This document shows, in pieces, positions 59,256 through 64,000 of a stretch of DNA of 64,000 bases. The position numbers and the translations under genes are program-made. Each line of letters opens with the position of its first letter. Position 1 is the first letter of the stretch. The notes beneath the pieces were generated by a model. The model was given only the letters and a program-made list of their open reading frames with translations, ran no database searches and had not been told where the DNA came from. Source of the DNA: Malacoraja senta (taxonomy: Eukaryota); assembly GCA_038087875.1 (NCBI GenBank), contig CM075988.1, positions 26,102,001 through 26,166,000 on the forward strand, read 5' to 3'.

Positions 59256-62123
59256 ACTTAAAGCTAACAAGACTGCTATCGGTGTTGGAAAAACTTATTT
59301 TACTTTAAAGAAAATCAGCATCTCTTCTGGCATATTCTGCTTGGTATGTTTTTTGGTAACCTCACTGACAGCTTCTAGACTGGCATTGTCACACCTGCCC
59401 TTGTTTGAGATGGATACAGTCATACCCATTGGTCCCAGACCTATGCTGACTGGTGCTCGACTGATACACATAGTTTCCAGATTGTTCGTTCACACTGTGG
59501 AACTGGAATGGGCAGCATGGTGGTGCAGCAGGTAGTGCTGGTTCCTCTCTCCTGATCACCAGTGCTGATTGGGTGTATACATGTTGCGTGGGCTTCCTCT
59601 GGGTGCTCAACCCATCTCCCACATCCCAATAATGTGCTGGCTGGCAGACTGACTGACGAGTGCAAACAGCCCATGTGCTGGGTGGGTGGAAGGAGAATTC
59701 CCTCCAGACTCTAACCCTCACCGCTACACTCAGAGCAATTTACAGTGGCCAGTTAGCTCATCAACCTGTGCATCTTTGGGACATGAAAGGAAACCAGAGC
59801 CACAGAGACAGTCAGAGGGAGAATGAGCAATCTCCACAGAGACAGCACCATTGGCCAGAACTGAACCCAGATCTCTGGTGCTGAGAGACTACTAGATGTG
59901 CCACGTTGATGCCCAAATCACACAAGGCTTTGATGTGGTTGTTGAAAATGCAACAAAAGGTTAAATTTTCTCTTTGGATGCCCAGCTTATCTCTCTCTAC
60001 CACAGCTTTTGATTAACAGCGGCACTTTGCTTTTGAATAGAGTGCTTCTCCACTTGTGAGGAAGAGCAACTTTAGAGAATTCAGAAGGATTTTCCTAACT
60101 TATCGGGTTAGAATATTGAATCTGTTACTGGGGGAAAACATCTAGAGGAAGAGATGGAATGAAAATTTATTTATCTGATAAAATAACTGCTGTAAATATT
60201 GCAACAAGACATGTTGAAAATATGCGAACAATAAAAAGAAAAAGAGTAACATGGAGAGGTAGATGGTAAGGTAATTCATCTCAAAAATCTTCCCACTCCC
60301 AGTTCAGATGCTGGAGGCTAGCTGTCTGATTTAATTAACACATTTTACAATGTGAAACTCATTCAATATTGGGAATTTGGTTTTCAAATCCAAGGCCATG
60401 CCATATCAATCTTTGATGCCAAGACTATGTCAGTTTTGACCAGATACAGTAATAATGACCATTTTGGCAGTAATGCCGACAAACCTATTTGTGATAGGAG
60501 CGGAATTAGGCCATTCGGCCCATGAAGTCTACTCTGCCATACAATCGTGGCTGATCTATCTCTCCCTCCTAACCCCATTCTCCTGCCTTCTCCCCATAAC
60601 CCCTGACACCTGTACTAATCAAGAATCTGTCAATCTCCGCCTTAAAAATATCCATTGACTTGGCCTCCATTGCTGTCTGTGGCAATGAGTTCCACATGTT
60701 CACCACCCTCTGGATCGACGGACCTCCACAGTCTCCATTAGAAGCACGGATCAATAAAATTGACATGCATTTCAGCAAAAGTCACTTCAAACCCCTATAC
60801 TCATCTGCACGAGGTCTAATTGAAAATTTTAATGGAAAAAAACAAAACATTTTTAATTATATAACTAATTTCAAACTCTCCGTAGATCTTTACGTAAAAT
60901 CCTTTGACATCAATTTGAAGAAGGGTACAAAGGTTCTCCCAGTGTCTTGGTCAATAGTTATTTTGTGGCTAATACCTACATTGGAAGACCTAGTCACCAT
61001 CACACTGCTATTTGTGGGAGCTTGTGTACAAAACTCTTGCAGAACAAAAGTGAAATACTCAAGATATATGGTCATATAAGGGATGTTAGCCTGGAGTGGG
61101 AATGTTCAATATATTAGCTAGTGTGTCTAATTGACAATCTGAATGCAATTAAATTTATTTCCATTGATAAATATCTGATTCCTTTCACTAGTAAGGGTAA
61201 ATAATAATGTGCAAAACTTGCATTTTTCATTTTAGTTTAGAGATACAGCGTGGAAACAGGTCCTTCGGTCTACCAAGTCTGTACCGACCAGCGATCACCT
61301 GTACACTACTTCTGTCATACACTCAGGCAATTTACAGAGGCCAATTAGACTTCACACCTGACTGTCTTTGGAATATGGGAGGAAACCGGAGCACCCGGAA
61401 AAAATCCGTGTATTGCAGATAAACACTGTCACTTCTCTTTGTTCCTTTCTTTTTTTCTGACGTGGGGATATGCCCAGCCTGACCCTCCTGTCATCTCTTT
61501 CTTCTCTGCATCTTGCAACGCCTACCATCTTTTGTTCATGTTCTCATTCTCTAACTGTTTGCATTGACTCATTCACCAAATAGTCTTGTTTACAGTTTGT
61601 CCCCATGGACACCTGTGCTTTACCCGATCAGATGCTGTCCTCTCCACCACCCTCCCTCGTGTTTAATGGGCTTCTTTTGTCTCGGTTCTGCCAAATAGTC
61701 TTCAACCAATATATTCACCATTTCAAATCCACAGATGTGGACTGACCTGATGAGTATTTCCAATTGTTTTCTCAAAGTTTTCCAGCATCTGCAGTTTTTT
61801 TTTTGTTTTTCAAGAGATAAATAGACTTGCTCCTTCACTCAACATCCATATTTCTTGTTCCAAGGTTCATGTTTAATAGCTAGGTAGCAATAAAGCTTAA
61901 GTAGTAGATGTGATGTGCTTTCAGATCATGGTGGACTTTGTCAGTTTGTTAGTTCATGTATAAAGTTTCCAAAAACTGTTGCTGTAAGCAGCTACACCCA
62001 ACTCTTGACATTTGAAACTGCCAAATGTTTCACAACTCGAAAGGTATAGCTGCACTGGTAACTTTCAACTATACAGCTTACATTTGCACTTTCAATGCAG
62101 TTACACACAAACCATCGGCTCAC

Positions 62124-62186
62124 CTTGGAAAGGAAAGGGTATGACTCACATTTGGTATAATTAAAGGTGAGATATATCAGCAACAT
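62124..62186 (-). CDS. Candidate TMPRSS13 ATG exon (MLLIYLTFNYTKCESYPFLSK), unconfirmed
   Basis: ATG in frame with a strong phase-0 donor AAG|gtgagc, compatible with the phase-0 acceptor at 55162. No recognisable homology; the true exon 1 may lie outside the window. Confidence 0.25.
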
Positions 62187-64000
62187 ATATCACTTTGTTC
62201 AGCTGGCTACTGCACCGATACACAATACGTATCAGTGGGTTTGCCAAACCTACACAAAGAGGTTGCTCTGAAGTCACCAAGTAGCTAAAGATAGATCTCC
62301 AGAGTAGAACAAAAATCATGAAACTACAAAACAATGGCTGAGATTGATAAACAAGTAATGTTTAATTGAAAGTCAATTATTATGTTAGTGAAAAATCTCC
62401 GTGCATTCCATTGGGCTCTACATTGATCAGTGAAGTGAACAACAATCAAGAGGAATGTGGAGGCAATACAAATGGGAAGGATGTAATCCAACTTTTTGGA
62501 ATTTGCCCAATCATATTAGAGGTAACCCTCTAATTCTCCATTTAACAAATTCTGCTGCATTCTTTGTTTCTGTGCATCTTTAGAAGTACATGGGAGAGAA
62601 CGGCAAGGAAGTACCAAAATATCTCAAGGTGATTCACACAAGTATTTTCAGCCAAAACATGGCACTGAAATTCATGGAGAATTATTAGGACAGATGACTA
62701 AAGTTAAAGCAGAAGTATTTTAAAGTATTGTTCCAATATATCTTTATATGGTTTAATGTTCGATGTTTTGTTTAAAACTCAGACATTAAAGCACCTTACA
62801 AGGTTTTAATGCTGCTGGAGTATTATATAAGTACTTTGCTGTTTAACAATGAACTTAAGGAATGGACTTTGGAAGAGGTGAGGAAAGTTTTAAGATTGAT
62901 CCCTCCAGGACATTGTCAGGACCTTTTAAAAAAAACACACACAAAACTCCAAATTTTTTCAATCACAATTTAAACCAACTTTCCACTTTCTCATAATTTC
63001 TATTGTTCCCTAATCAACCACTCTATCAGTATCACATCTGCAATATTCAGGTTGCCTTACGATTTTGATTATAGATGACTGTTTTAACTAAAGGAATTCC
63101 ACATCCCAATGATCTATTTAACCTGACCCAATCAATGTAACCACTGGGGATCCAAGTGGGATTACAGGAGAAGCTTTTCAGTCTTTCAGGAGGAGCTGGC
63201 CTACCTGAAGGGGAATAGATGAGGTGAATTTGTGAGATTAACATCCTATAATGACATGTCCACACTTATTTATGAGGAGAGAATTTTTTTAAATCACAGC
63301 AATATCAGTTATTGCTGTTCGGGGTAGTGGATTAAAATGATCACTTGTCGATCAGTTGCTACAAGGCAGTTGATCCTGGGCCTCTCAAAATGAGAGTGTT
63401 AATAAGAGTAAGAACACATAACAAATAGAAGATTGCAGAGGCCATTCACTGAGATCATGGTTGCTCCTTCATGCGTTAAATACTCTTGTGTATGTGACTT
63501 CCACTCGGCTTCCAAATTTGCATGGATTGCCTTTGGAAGCGGATTATAACAAGCGTACCCACCATAATGTGTGCATAGGAGACTTTCTACAATGAGCTTT
63601 TATGTTCACATTACTTATGAGGGAAGAACATTTCTTTAACACAAGATCAACCATTGCTGTTAGAGGCAGTGGGTGAAGCTGACCGCTAGTCAACCAGTTA
63701 CTGTAAGGCAGCTGGTCTGTGGCCTCGCAGAATGATAGCGTTAGAACGGGAGCCAGTGGGGGTTATTCAATAAGATCATGGTTGATACTTCATTTGTCCC
63801 TTTCCCACTGCCCAAAAAACCATCAATCTCAACCCTCAACATATTCAGTGACTCGGAAGCATTGACATCAAGAACAGAAACAATGCAAAGAATGCTGCTG
63901 AAATATGTCCAAAAACTGCACCTATTTTACAAGGGAAGGTCCCAAGATGACTCACATTCTGCCTCTCCACTGTCTGCAAAGCATGATTCAGCCATGTAAT

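Noticed and set aside
60890-61075. Short minus-strand ORF with exon-like splice signals
   Set aside because: Phase is incompatible with the exon at 55162 and there is no recognisable homology.

Overview
Vertebrate genomic DNA with several N gaps. The HE1-type SINE, CR1, Penelope and Rex repeat content suggests a cartilaginous fish such as a skate or ray (inference). Two spliced genes lie on the minus strand in the same order and orientation as human TMPRSS13-FXYD6. (1) A complete FXYD6-like CDS: 7 coding exons, 19000->10161, 288 nt, 95 aa, with a 3' UTR exon near 7.7-8.3 kb and a probable non-coding first exon in a CpG-rich region near 34.4 kb. (2) A TMPRSS13-like type II transmembrane serine protease: 12 exons traced, 55162->44898, reading frame intact, catalytic His/Asp/Ser present, ATG exon not securely found. 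Most of the rest is transposon-derived, including a decayed DIRS element, a Harbinger-like MITE and Vingi-like LINE tails. The top finding is a ~135-nt SINE-like element that starts exactly at G1 of a fully base-paired, 54-nt, CPEB3-like minimal HDV ribozyme (6350-6403) and ends in a Vingi-type (GAA)n tail; a 5'-truncated second copy lies in FXYD6 intron 1. Also notable are many Penelope-derived palindromic elements with minimal hammerhead ribozyme cores, a ~295-bp duplication ending in a perfect 26-bp fold-back, and a possible fossil duplicate of the catalytic-serine exon. All calls were made by eye, with no database searches. Repeat boundaries are approximate.
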